Assembly: GCA_963693365.1 (NCBI GenBank)
Contig: CAVNZM010000018.1
Location: forward strand, 1,421,861 to 1,485,860
Origin: Amoebidium appalachense
Lineage: Eukaryota > Protista > Ichthyosporea
Reading direction: 5' to 3'
DNA length: 64,000 bases
Each line of letters begins with the position of its first letter. Positions within the stretch are counted from its first letter, which is position 1. Shown piece after piece: positions 1 to 23,616 of the stretch. Position numbers and translations under genes: made by a program. Under the pieces are notes generated by a model, which did not search any database, had not been told where the DNA came from, and was given only the letters and a program-made list of their open reading frames with translations.

Positions 1-457
1 CATCATATCCACCAACCCCCTTAACATATTTCCATATGCAGCATTGGTCTCCTGCGCAAAAAAACAGAAGGCCAGAGCCTGCAGGCGACCATTGGCGTCG
101 AGGGCATATGGATTGAGCATGGGGAATCCAAACTCAGTGATACCGTGCTTGGCATCGAGGTGCAGGCAGAGAGCGCTGTACAAATGCACCTTCTGCCGTC
201 CAGTCATGAACATAAACCCCTCGATTGCGTTCTGCTGATTGGTAAAAACTTTAAATGAGAAATGGTCCCCTTCCGCCTTCAGTTTTGTCAAATCGTTGAC
301 GATTGACTGGGCCTCACTGCGCATGCGCACGGGATCATCAAGGGTACTCGCCTCCATCTGCGCATTGACCTCCCTGTTTGCGCGTACCCGAATTTTTTTG
401 AAAAATTCGGAGTCCATTTCCCCGTCGTACATGTGTTGATAGGGTAGAAGGATATCC
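1..457 (-). CDS. MULE/Mutator (FAR1-like) transposase catalytic-domain exon, running off the window edge
   Basis: Open frame after a CTACAG acceptor reads ...EGFMFMTGRQKVHLYSALCLHLDAKHGITEFGFPMLNPYALDANGRLQALAFCFFAQETNAAYGNML, matching the MULE pattern (first catalytic D, then P-L, D-x-x-G, A-F-x5-E-T). Not in the ORF track because it has no stop inside the window. Confidence 0.8.
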
Positions 458-1009
458 CTGTAGAAACCACAAAACCCAACGTCATAAGCAATATTACCAT
501 GTAATGGAACCAACGGAAATATTGACACAAAGGTAGAGCGCAATGCAAAGTGTTGTTATCCCAAATATGGATACGAATATCCATGATCTAGAAAGACCCC
601 CCCCCCCCCCCCCCCCCTTCCTCTTCTCTCCCCCCGGCGCGTCCGCCCTTTCTATCATCCGTCCTCCATCCCTTAATAAGGCCTTCCCATCTATAATGCA
701 CAATACCTGTGGGTTTTGTGAAATGTACGAATTCTTCCCAGAGAGTTTACATAAATAGTGATATACTTGCAAACTTTCATGGATATTCTTGAGATACACG
801 AAAAATTCGGTTTTTCATGGATATTCTTGAGACGGCAGCCGAAGGTTTTTTTTAGCTCTTCAAGTTAATAGCATACACATATACACACATATAATATAAT
901 CATTGGGGGGGGGGGGGGGGGTCCTGGATGTTGCCATCAAGCCAGTAAACCCCTACAAATCAATGACCCCCATCACTACACCCCTTACCCGGCACCACCA
1001 CCACCACCA

Positions 1010-1048
<39 letters not shown>

Positions 1049-1453
1049 CACACACACATACACACACACATAGACACACACACACATACACCAACCCCCC
1101 CCCCCCCCCCCAAAAAAAAAAAAAAAAAAAAAAAAACATACAAAACACAAACGGACACGCACTCACTCACACACAAACAAAAAGCACAAACGGGTACAGG
1201 TCGACCCCAAACAGATGCACTTAGTACTAGACCAGACCAACAGAACGAGTCTAACGGAGCAGCGGTAGTGCTTCAAACACCTCTCTACACGCACTCCCCC
1301 CCCCCCCCCCCCCCCCCTTCCATCCCCTCCTTGCTCTCTGAAAGCATTGTTACCTCCGTAGGATCCTTCTTTGCACCACCCCCACCGGCCCCAGGGTCAT
1401 CTCAACCGCTTACCACCTGCCCGACACCCACCCACACCACACTACAAAAAAAC

Positions 1454-2377
1454 TCACGCGAAATTGACAAATAATGGGCCGTGGGGAGGGAGGGGAGGGG
1501 GTGGGGGGTGGGGGGGGGGGAGTGAAACCGGCTCCACGCAAGAGGAGGAGTAAGCGGAGGGGGGCCGGGGAGAGAGAGGAGGAGGAAGATGCCTCAGTAA
1601 GGCGGCTGTCAGAGTGTTACACGAGGCGAGTATGCGTAGAGTGGCTTGGACATCTGTAGGCACACTTGCGTAAAAACCATCGACAAGTTGGCCACTCTGA
1701 CGGAGCTTCGCGCTCAAGGCGATGGTGGACTCAGTGCCCAACCGGCACATGCCCGTGTGCTCCAGAGCGCACTTTGTAATTTCCCATTTCCCAGTGCTCT
1801 CGCCATTGACCAACGTAGGTTTCGCGATAACTGACCACTTACAACGGTGATCCTTCTGTACTGATTTTGATCCATATATGCAACCAAACTGAACCATTTC
1901 GCGCCCCTCCTTGGTTTCTGTGCGTGGTTTTACGGCAAAAACCATGCTCGGATTGGTGGGATGTAGAGCATGAGTTTTCCCATGTCGCTCAAAACTGGGT
2001 AGGTCGTTGAACTCCTGATTGAGGTACAAAATACTCTGGTCTATTGGGACAGCGTATGTCTGCGGTGCACGTGTAAGAGGTTCTTCGCCATCCTCAGACT
2101 CAGAGTCCCACGCAATTTGAAGCTCGTCTCCCCTATGTGTAAGGACCCGAGTTCGCACATTTGCACAACTATATAAAAAAAAAAGTGCACAACCTGCTGC
2201 CTTTTTAGACTTACCAAAAGTCGCGTTGGGTGCCATTTTGTTGCCACTAGTTGGGACGAAACGGCACACTGGTTTCACGTACACCATAAACTCTGCGCGC
2301 CACTGCCATGTTGTGTGGTCGTTTCTGCCTAGTGGCTTACGTTGGCGCCTGAAATAAGGTGTACCAATCATTTGCAA
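1454..2377 (-). CDS. Probable N-terminal exon of the same MULE transposase (WRKY/GCM1-like zinc finger); true exon limits uncertain, about 1620-2236
   Basis: Non-repetitive ORF with FGCIYG...HRCKWSV...WEITKCALEHT spacing typical of MULE DNA-binding domains; same strand as, and upstream of, the catalytic exon. Confidence 0.6.
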   Translation of the reverse strand: MQMIGTPYFRRQRKPLGRNDHTTWQWRAEFMVYVKPVCRFVPTSGNKMAPNATFGKSKKAAGCALFFLYSCANVRTRVLTHRGDELQIAWDSESEDGEEPLTRAPQTYAVPIDQSILYLNQEFNDLPSFERHGKTHALHPTNPSMVFAVKPRTETKEGREMVQFGCIYGSKSVQKDHRCKWSVIAKPTLVNGESTGKWEITKCALEHTGMCRLGTESTIALSAKLRQSGQLVDGFYASVPTDVQATLRILASCNTLTAALLRHLPPPLSPRPPSAYSSSCVEPVSLPPPHPPPPPLPPHGPLFVNFA

Positions 2378-2856
2378 GTAGTTTGGACTATATAACTATG
2401 TTCATTGGTTGTAGCTCAGGTGTAAGTGTAGGCGGCGGGCTAGGTAAGAACCGGTGCGGTTCAGAAGTGAACTCGATCATTCTGGGTCGAACAAAGAAAT
2501 TCTCAAAGGTTCGGGTCAAAACTGAAATGATCTTCCTACGATCACCTTCCTTACGTTGCGAAAACTTACGTAAGCTGACACCTTTCGTTGATTCGCCATA
2601 AGTCATGCATGATCAAAAAACGCTGTTAAATGCTTGTGATTGGCTGAGGTGAGGACGTAAGGGCAATGATTGGCCGTGAAGAGAGCGCTTTTAAAGATTG
2701 GGATAAAATGGGTTTAAAATGTATATCACATTTGTAGATCGCCGTAACGCATAGTTTAGAATATAGAAAAGAGACACACAACAGATTAATAAACACCTCT
2801 TTGTTTTAAACCTGGTTATAACCTTACAATACTACTGGATGGTTCTATACCCTAGG

Positions 2857-3148
2857 TGTTCCACTCGATCCGAGACTGGTTTGCCACGACACCTCGAGCC
2901 CAGAGCCCCATGACACAAGCGCATGACGTCACCCCATCACTAATTGGTCTTCCCATCAGAGTCTACTACAAGGACCGGTTCGGGCCACCGTTCTACCATG
3001 ACCCAGCCCAAACAAGAATGATCTTATCACGTATCTCAAGCATGTATAAAAAGTGTGTAAACCCCCCCCAAGCATGTATGTCGATATAATAAACTGGGGC
3101 ATAAGCTCCGCATGCAGATAGCGGCGCGGGTGTGGATCAGAGATAACA
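2857..3148 (+). mobile_element. Possible solo LTR
   Basis: TGTT...AACA termini with internal TATAAAA and AATAAA. Flanks CTAGG/CCAGA match only 3 of 5, so the TSD is not convincing. Confidence 0.3.
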
Positions 3149-3624
3149 CCAGAAATAGGGGTGCTCTTTTGTCGTTCCGTATTTGGGCTTCATAGCTTAC
3201 TATATATTAGAGATAGCTTATGCTTTTTTTTGACAACAAAATAAACCGGATATATGTTCATGATCATGCAATCGATGACACCAAAGCATGCACGCTGCGC
3301 GCATACACTGTCATTCATATATATGCTAATGTTCAGCCCCTGAAATGCCCAAACCTTTAAATTGAAAAACACAAAAATTTTCATTTGGGGGGGGTAAGTA
3401 CACAAGCAAGTACTCCCTTCACTCGGCATGAAGTTGGCAAAGGAATCAAAACGCTGCCGCGTATATCTATCCCTTTCATACGGGCCGGTTCAGTAGTCAC
3501 GGGTATACTACCGTGCAGAGACCCAAATCGTTTTAGCGATCCGATTAGGTAGCTTTTTGGCCCGAAAGTCACTTTCCAAATTGGGAGCGATAACGATTTT
3601 CATTGGACAAAAGTTTCAGATCAT

Positions 3625-3633
3625 ACTATATAA
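3625..3633 (+). promoter_or_regulatory. TATA-like box upstream of the MRM1-like gene
   Basis: CTATATAAG about 245 nt upstream of the ATG at 3874; motif only. Confidence 0.3.
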
Positions 3634-3738
3634 GGCAGCTGCGCATGGATCTAAAGGTCACTTTTTGGGGCTAACAAGGGTTCAGCGTGTAGAACGGCGA
3701 GCCGGGCCGGGTCCGGACCCGCGCCGCCAACAGCACAA

Positions 3739-3780
<42 letters not shown>

Positions 3781-3873
3781 CAAGGCTCCACCGTCCTTCG
3801 AACCCTGCCCGGTGGGTTCACACCAGTTTTTTTTTTTTTTTACACCCACGCGGACAGCACACACAATACAACC

Positions 3874-17589
<13,716 letters not shown>

Positions 17590-18115
17590 TGATTATTGGT
17601 GTGGCTGAATGTATTCGATATTTATCGGTGGCTGTTTTTATTTTATTTTGATTTAATTATTTGATTGATTTGTTTTTTGCTGAATTTTTCTGCTGCTACG
17701 TCAAATTAAGGCTAATAACTGAATGGGACAATGTCAAGTGATTATTGGTGGGGCTGAATATTTTTCACATATACCTGTGTCTATTTTGGTTTAATGGTGC
17801 GGCTGAATATATTTCACATATACCTGTGTCTAGTTCAGTATTTTAGTTTATTTTATTATTTTTTATTTTATTTTTTGGAGTGGTTCTTCTGCTCCGTGTT
17901 CAAAACAAACTTTGAATGTTAATTGTTTGTTATTGGTGGGAATCGAAACCGAATTGGTTCCAATAATCATGTACTGTGTGGTAAATGTTAAGTTAGGGCT
18001 CGAATAAATATTGATGTTGTGCATTTGTGCAGCGGTGCTGTAGCATAATGGATGAAAGAAGTACTACTGAGGTTTGAATACGAGTAGATTTTTGTTGTTG
18101 GTTGGTTGGTTGTTG

Positions 18116-18149
<34 letters not shown>

Positions 18150-18374
18150 TGATCCGGGAGGATTTGGGGGCCCAAAGGAGGCTCGGAAAGCAACACGGCA
18201 GGTTACCGTGGTCTCATGCTATCAAAAATACCTGAAAAGAAATGCGAATATTGCAGTTGGATCCAATTCATCTTCACGTGGAGGAGCATGTGTTATTATC
18301 AATAAATGGTTTAGGTACATGCAGTGCTGAACTCAATTGAGTTTCATTTCAACCCCCCGAATCATCCCGGATCA

Positions 18375-18414
<40 letters not shown>

Positions 18415-18603
18415 CCCACGGGTTCCCACCAGTGGCCACCACCACCCACATCGTTGTGACCACCACCAGCTCCCCCCACCCCGCCGGGCAACATCATATA
18501 GTATCCAGCGATCATTACTAAATCACCTATTACCAAGCTTAAGTTGTATGTACAGGCTACGCCACATTTATGCTACCAGGTCCTTTTTAAAAAATTCTAT
18601 TTA

Positions 18604-18868
18604 GGGCGTGTTTGGCAGCCGAAAATAATCGTATTCGTGTCATTTTGCGAAAAGACGAATAATCGTGTTCACAAAATTATTTTGTGGTATGTTTCTTTTA
18701 GGGGTAATGATACGATTATGGCATACCAAACACGCCTATTTGTCCAACGTCTTTATCGTGTTCGGAAAGCTTTGGCGTGTCTGGCATGACACATTTTCGG
18801 AATCGTGACATTACGCGAAAAGACGAATACGATAAAGACACGATATAACTGCGCTGCCAAACACGCCC
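18604..18868. mobile_element. Tourist/PIF-Harbinger-like MITE, 265 bp
   Basis: Perfect 16-bp TIR GGGCGTGTTTGGCAGC / GCTGCCAAACACGCCC; flanks TTA and TAT; internal degenerate TIR copies near 18721-18790. Confidence 0.8.
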
Positions 18869-19282
18869 TATTGTAGAACTTTTTTGATCGTTATTATGGC
18901 CCAGCCGCGGCCGGCTAGCGGTGCTCCACGGGCTCCGGGACGAGCACAGTCGACGTCACTTCAGAACCACATATGCATGGCATAAAGCTGTGTGCCTCAA
19001 CGGTGGGCGAGATACATACGGATCTAATATTATATGTGTATGTTGCAGCACACCATATGTGTGTGAAACATGTTGTTTGTACAACGACCGCTTGCAAGCA
19101 TGTGCCGTCTTTACCTTTGTTATGCCTTTGTTATAGGTACCATGTGTGTTTACGTCTTGAACATGCAAAAATCTATGCAGGCGATCCATCGCAAGGCTCA
19201 CAGAATCAAATGGCTTCCGCCCCGAGAACTTCGATCTCGGCAACAAGATGATGAAGTATGATGGAAGACATCAGATACTATC

Positions 19283-19530
19283 ACGGGGTTTATGCTGTTT
19301 ACTCGAGGCAAAGAGAGACCAGTCTCAGGTATGGGGAGTTTTTGCTCGCAATATCCCATCAGCAGTATATCGTGATCACGTACATAGATGTCGGGTGATG
19401 ATTATATATCAGGGTTTTCTTTTTCTACGAGGCACCATAAAGACTAAGAAAAATCAATTAGTTGGGTTCCCCGTTTTTTTTTTTGTTTTTTTTTTTTCGG
19501 GCTCCCCTGGGACACTCGGTATCAGCTGGT

Positions 19531-19569
<39 letters not shown>

Positions 19570-19600
19570 GTGTGTGTGTGCGTGTGTGTGTGCGTGTGCT

Positions 19601-19690
<90 letters not shown>

Positions 19691-20037
19691 AGAATTTCGT
19701 AATGATGTGTTTCTCAAGCCAATCAATACATCTAGTAAACAGGTCATAGTTACGTTGTTTAGTATGAAATCAAGGATGTTGTAATTTTCAGGTAGGCTAT
19801 CTTTTTGGGTGTCTGTTGTGAATGTGTCGTGTGTGTGTTGCGGTAATATGTGGTCTATCAAACTACATTTGGCGATACATGACTGTTTAAACTGGTGTGT
19901 GTGTGTGTTGTTTGGGCATGCAAACGATGCCACCCCTTATACTTATTAGATCTCCACTGTATAGCACGTGTACAGTAAAAGCGTGGTATGTGATCAATAA
20001 TACCATCAGCTAGAGAAAGACCAATTCTACAGGAAGG
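19283..20037 (-). repeat. Dispersed repeat R, part left of the Gypsy insertion
   Basis: Reverse complement of about 46085-46730; continues at 34259-34625 on the other side of the Gypsy element. Confidence 0.85.
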
Positions 20038-20648
20038 TGTGGTATATTATACCGGATATCTAGTATGGATGTACACAGGTTGAGATATACGCACACGTGT
20101 ACATGTATATATACCACTGTGTTTGATCTTAGGTAGGCCAGTATGCATGCCTCCCCCCAGTCTTGTGCGCATGAGCAAGAAGTTAAACATATGTGCACGT
20201 GCAGCTTGCAGAATTATTCATGGGAAAACAGATATAATAGTCACATGGGACCGACACGTAGTAGAGGAACCATGAGCGTTAAGTTATAGTTTTATCATGG
20301 GAAAATATGCAAGTAGCCGTGAAGGTATGACTGTGGAATGCATCGATAGTCAAGTACTGTCACCCGATTGGCTCACTAAGTTTATTGGAACCGTGATAGC
20401 CATGGGACAGAACCGTGAACCGTATGTGATTGGCTCATAGCCAAAAAAGCACATACCAATGCGCATGTCTGAGCCGCTGTGCGAGCTCCGATATAAGGGC
20501 ATGTCGGGGGCTTCAGAGCTCACTCAGTGTGCTCGGCTTACTAGGTGTAAGTAGGACTAGCACGTAACTAAGCAAAGCGTGGTCTAGTCAACCCCGTTCA
20601 TTTATAAACATATTGTTTGTCACAGACACACGATCATATTATACAACA
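20038..20648 (+). repeat. Element A 5' LTR
   Basis: TGTGGTATA...ATACAACA; TATAAG near 20492. Confidence 0.95.
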
Positions 20649-20664
20649 GCTGAGCTACACCCCC
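20649..20664 (+). promoter_or_regulatory. Atypical primer-binding site complementary to the 5' end of tRNA-Ala
   Basis: GCTGAGCTACACCCCC abuts the LTR; its reverse complement is GGGGGTGTAGCTCAGC; no TGG-type PBS present. Confidence 0.65.
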
Positions 20665-20713
20665 TGCAGCGCTAGTTCTTGCGCTGCAAGTGTGCTCGTA
20701 TCAAGCAAGTACT

Positions 20714-22615
20714 ATGTTTTTAGTTGTTTGGGTTCTAACATGTCTAACCACATTGGTGACGACAATGCCGGCCCTAGTGGCCTGCATGGGGGGGAAGCTA
20801 GAAACGCCGACCTCATTTTCCTTGAAGAACTCGGCTATAATGTTCCCCTTTCCCCCCCCGGCGCTTCACCGTGGCACCCTCCTGGAGCAGACATTCCGTT
20901 GCTCGACCGTGTCTACTTCCGTTCACACGACTTGCAACACGACAATCAATACTGCTTCTCTTTTCGTTCAGGGGAAACCGACTACGGACAATCATTTGAC
21001 CCCGAAGACCTGCCACCTGAAGACAATCGACATTCATCAGTCGACCTTCTCCACGGGCTGGAAGTCGAGGTCAACGCAAACGCAAGCAGAGGCACCAGAC
21101 GCCCTGGTACGCGCCCTAACGGAGTATGCAAATTTGCACAACAAGACGGGCGTGAGCCTGGCAGCTTGGTGCTGGTGCGTTCTTGGGTGTCTCCTTCTGT
21201 TCATGCTGCTGGCATTGTTGGTATCGAAGTTTGCCAGCTGTACAGCGCGCACGGCACTGTACCGTTCGTCGTCGGCACTCACCATGCTCCACCAACAACT
21301 ACTCGCCCTCGTGAATGTATTCACTTCCAGGCAAAACTACGCGTGCCTTTCAGGGCAGTCTTCCCACATCACTAAGTCACATGAATTTATCAATCAGTTA
21401 GTGACTCTTAGTCGTGGTGAGCTCGACCTAGTGGTTACTTATTATGGTAACCGGGGCCCTCGAAAATTTCATCCAAGCATGCTCCCCTCGTGGGTTCGTG
21501 CCGGACGGGGCCCCCGAAAGAACTCTGGCCGAGGTGGTAGGGGTGGACGTGGTGGTGGCCGGGGGGGGCATAACAACCCCCCTCCTGCTGCCAACGAAAA
21601 TGGGGATGGTAATGCAGGTGGCGGTGGCCCCCCACCTCCCCCGGACGGTGGTGCTGACGGTGGTGCCGGTGGTGCTAATGGTGCCGGAGGTGCTAACGGT
21701 GCTGGTGGTGCCGGTGGTGGTGGTGGTGATGGTGGTGGCGACGGCGGTGACGGTGGTGATGACGGTGACGGTAACGACGGCAACGGTGACGACCGGGAGG
21801 GGAAGGAAAAGATTCAACACATCCCCTCAGCAGCAATTCAGTCCCGTCCTATGCTCGAGGCAGATGCCGATATCGACGAATTCTACAAACAACTCCAACA
21901 TCATCTAATTTTCTTTTGTATTATGGAGTTGGTGGGCTTAAATCGCACGTTGATGTTTATTCGTATGTGCATGGGCCCCGGGGACCCCCGAGATGCTGCC
22001 GACAACGTCGACCTTTCCACGTGCACCGGCATCGACGATTTTTGGGCTAAGTTCCTTGAGAAGTATTTAGACAAGGAACGTAAGGAGGAGCATTTAGACG
22101 AGCTGAACAAGCTTCGTTTTATGCACACTCGGGCCTCGATAAAGACATTCCACAAGAAATTTAATTGCATCGTCTCCAACACGGGTCTCAAGAACATGCC
22201 CGAGGTTGTGCTTCATCATTACCAACGTACCCTCAACGACTACCCGGACCTTTGTTCGGAGGCCCGGGCTGCAACCACCCTCAAGCAAGCCATGGCCCGT
22301 GTCATCCGACGGTATGAGGCTGATGTGGGTGCTCACAATTTAAAATGTAACCGTAATGTTGGTGCTGTAGATGAGATGGGTGGTGGTAGTGGGGGGCATG
22401 GTGGTGGTGGTGGTGGTCACGGGGGTGGCCACGGAGGTAGTGGGGGTAATGTTGGTGGTAAGGGTAAATCTAATGGGGGGGGCAAATGGGCTAAGGAAAA
22501 TAAGAAAGATAAGAGGGGGCCCAATTGTTGGGCATGCAAGCAGCCGGGGCATCGTTTTAAAGATTGCCCCACCCGAGCTGCCAAGAAGAACAAGGGCAAG
22601 CAAAGTGAAAAATAG
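20714..22615 (+). CDS. gag: Element A Gag, 633 aa: hydrophobic N-terminus, transmembrane segment, Gly-rich linker, capsid-like region, CCHC knuckle
   Basis: CWACKQPGHRFKDC zinc knuckle; DDFWAKFLEKYL...ELNKLRF capsid-like motif; VSLAAWCWCVLGCLLLFMLLALLV hydrophobic stretch. Confidence 0.88.
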   Translation: MFLVVWVLTCLTTLVTTMPALVACMGGKLETPTSFSLKNSAIMFPFPPPALHRGTLLEQTFRCSTVSTSVHTTCNTTINTASLFVQGKPTTDNHLTPKTCHLKTIDIHQSTFSTGWKSRSTQTQAEAPDALVRALTEYANLHNKTGVSLAAWCWCVLGCLLLFMLLALLVSKFASCTARTALYRSSSALTMLHQQLLALVNVFTSRQNYACLSGQSSHITKSHEFINQLVTLSRGELDLVVTYYGNRGPRKFHPSMLPSWVRAGRGPRKNSGRGGRGGRGGGRGGHNNPPPAANENGDGNAGGGGPPPPPDGGADGGAGGANGAGGANGAGGAGGGGGDGGGDGGDGGDDGDGNDGNGDDREGKEKIQHIPSAAIQSRPMLEADADIDEFYKQLQHHLIFFCIMELVGLNRTLMFIRMCMGPGDPRDAADNVDLSTCTGIDDFWAKFLEKYLDKERKEEHLDELNKLRFMHTRASIKTFHKKFNCIVSNTGLKNMPEVVLHHYQRTLNDYPDLCSEARAATTLKQAMARVIRRYEADVGAHNLKCNRNVGAVDEMGGGSGGHGGGGGGHGGGHGGSGGNVGGKGKSNGGGKWAKENKKDKRGPNCWACKQPGHRFKDCPTRAAKKNKGKQSEK

Positions 22616-23616
22616 GTAATTGCCGGTGCTAGATGCACGGATACGGCATGTATTGCACATTGTGACCCAGTGGGTCACGAAAAAGTAATTAAAAATGTGC
22701 CTATACCAAGTGCTTCTGCCCCGGCTTCTTCCGATATTCCCCCCTCCGAGCCCCTTTCCCCCGACCCCCGACCCCCCACCCCCCCACACCCATCCCCCCC
22801 CACAAAGAAACTTCGAACACTCGATAGAATAAGAAAAGTGTTCGATATAAGTGCCATCTGCAATGCAGGAAGACGTATCTATGTTAATGTTACGTTGAGT
22901 AATGAAAAATACTTTGCATTGTTTGATACTGGGGCATCATTCACGGTGGTTAGTGAAGCTGTTTTTTCCCGACACATGCAGGAGTTTGCTTTGCAACCCT
23001 CGGATGTGATTGTTACTTCGGTAAGGAAAAACGATAAAGCTCTAGCTGTGAGTGGTGAAGTGATGCTCCCGTTATGCCTCGGTTCTCAAACATTCATGTG
23101 GCCTTGCTTAGTATTTAAAAATATTAAGCATGACATGATTATTGGGAACGATTTTGCCAACAAACACATTGCCACCACTAATCATCAAGCACACTCACTA
23201 ACACTGGTGTCGGGGATGGTGGTGCCGACGTCATCTTTGCACACCCCCTACACAATGTGTCCTGTTACCGTCAAGCACGACACCACCGTCAAATCTGGCT
23301 TTGGATGTGTATTACGTGCAACGGTGCAGGTGACTGCTGCTGCTGCTGCTGCTGGCACCCTCGGTATCTTCGAGCCTACTCGTGAATTTCGAGATAAGTT
23401 CCCCCCCACCATCTGTGAAATTAGTGTGGATAAATCTATTGCTGTTGTGTGCGAAAATGGTGTGGGTCTGGATTTGAGCGTGTTCAAGGTACCATCGGTC
23501 ATTTCGTTCCTACGAGCCGACATGAGTACATACACGAACTGAGTGTTTTGCAAGCCGAACCCCACCCCAGTCGTACACAAACCGTCGTTGGTGCAATAGC
23601 GCAGTGCATCAGGTGG
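22616..23616 (+). CDS. pol: Element A pol 5' part: aspartic protease plus degenerate dUTPase-like region, one frameshift near 23488
   Basis: ALFDTGASFTVV and DMIIGNDF; in frame with gag across a single TAG. Confidence 0.88.

Noticed and set aside
775-833. 20-bp direct repeat TTTCATGGATATTCTTGAGA
   Set aside because: Only two copies about 38 nt apart; a simple local duplication
22613-22621. AG|GTAATT as a splice donor producing Gag-Pol
   Set aside because: Splicing there would keep the TAG in the upstream exon
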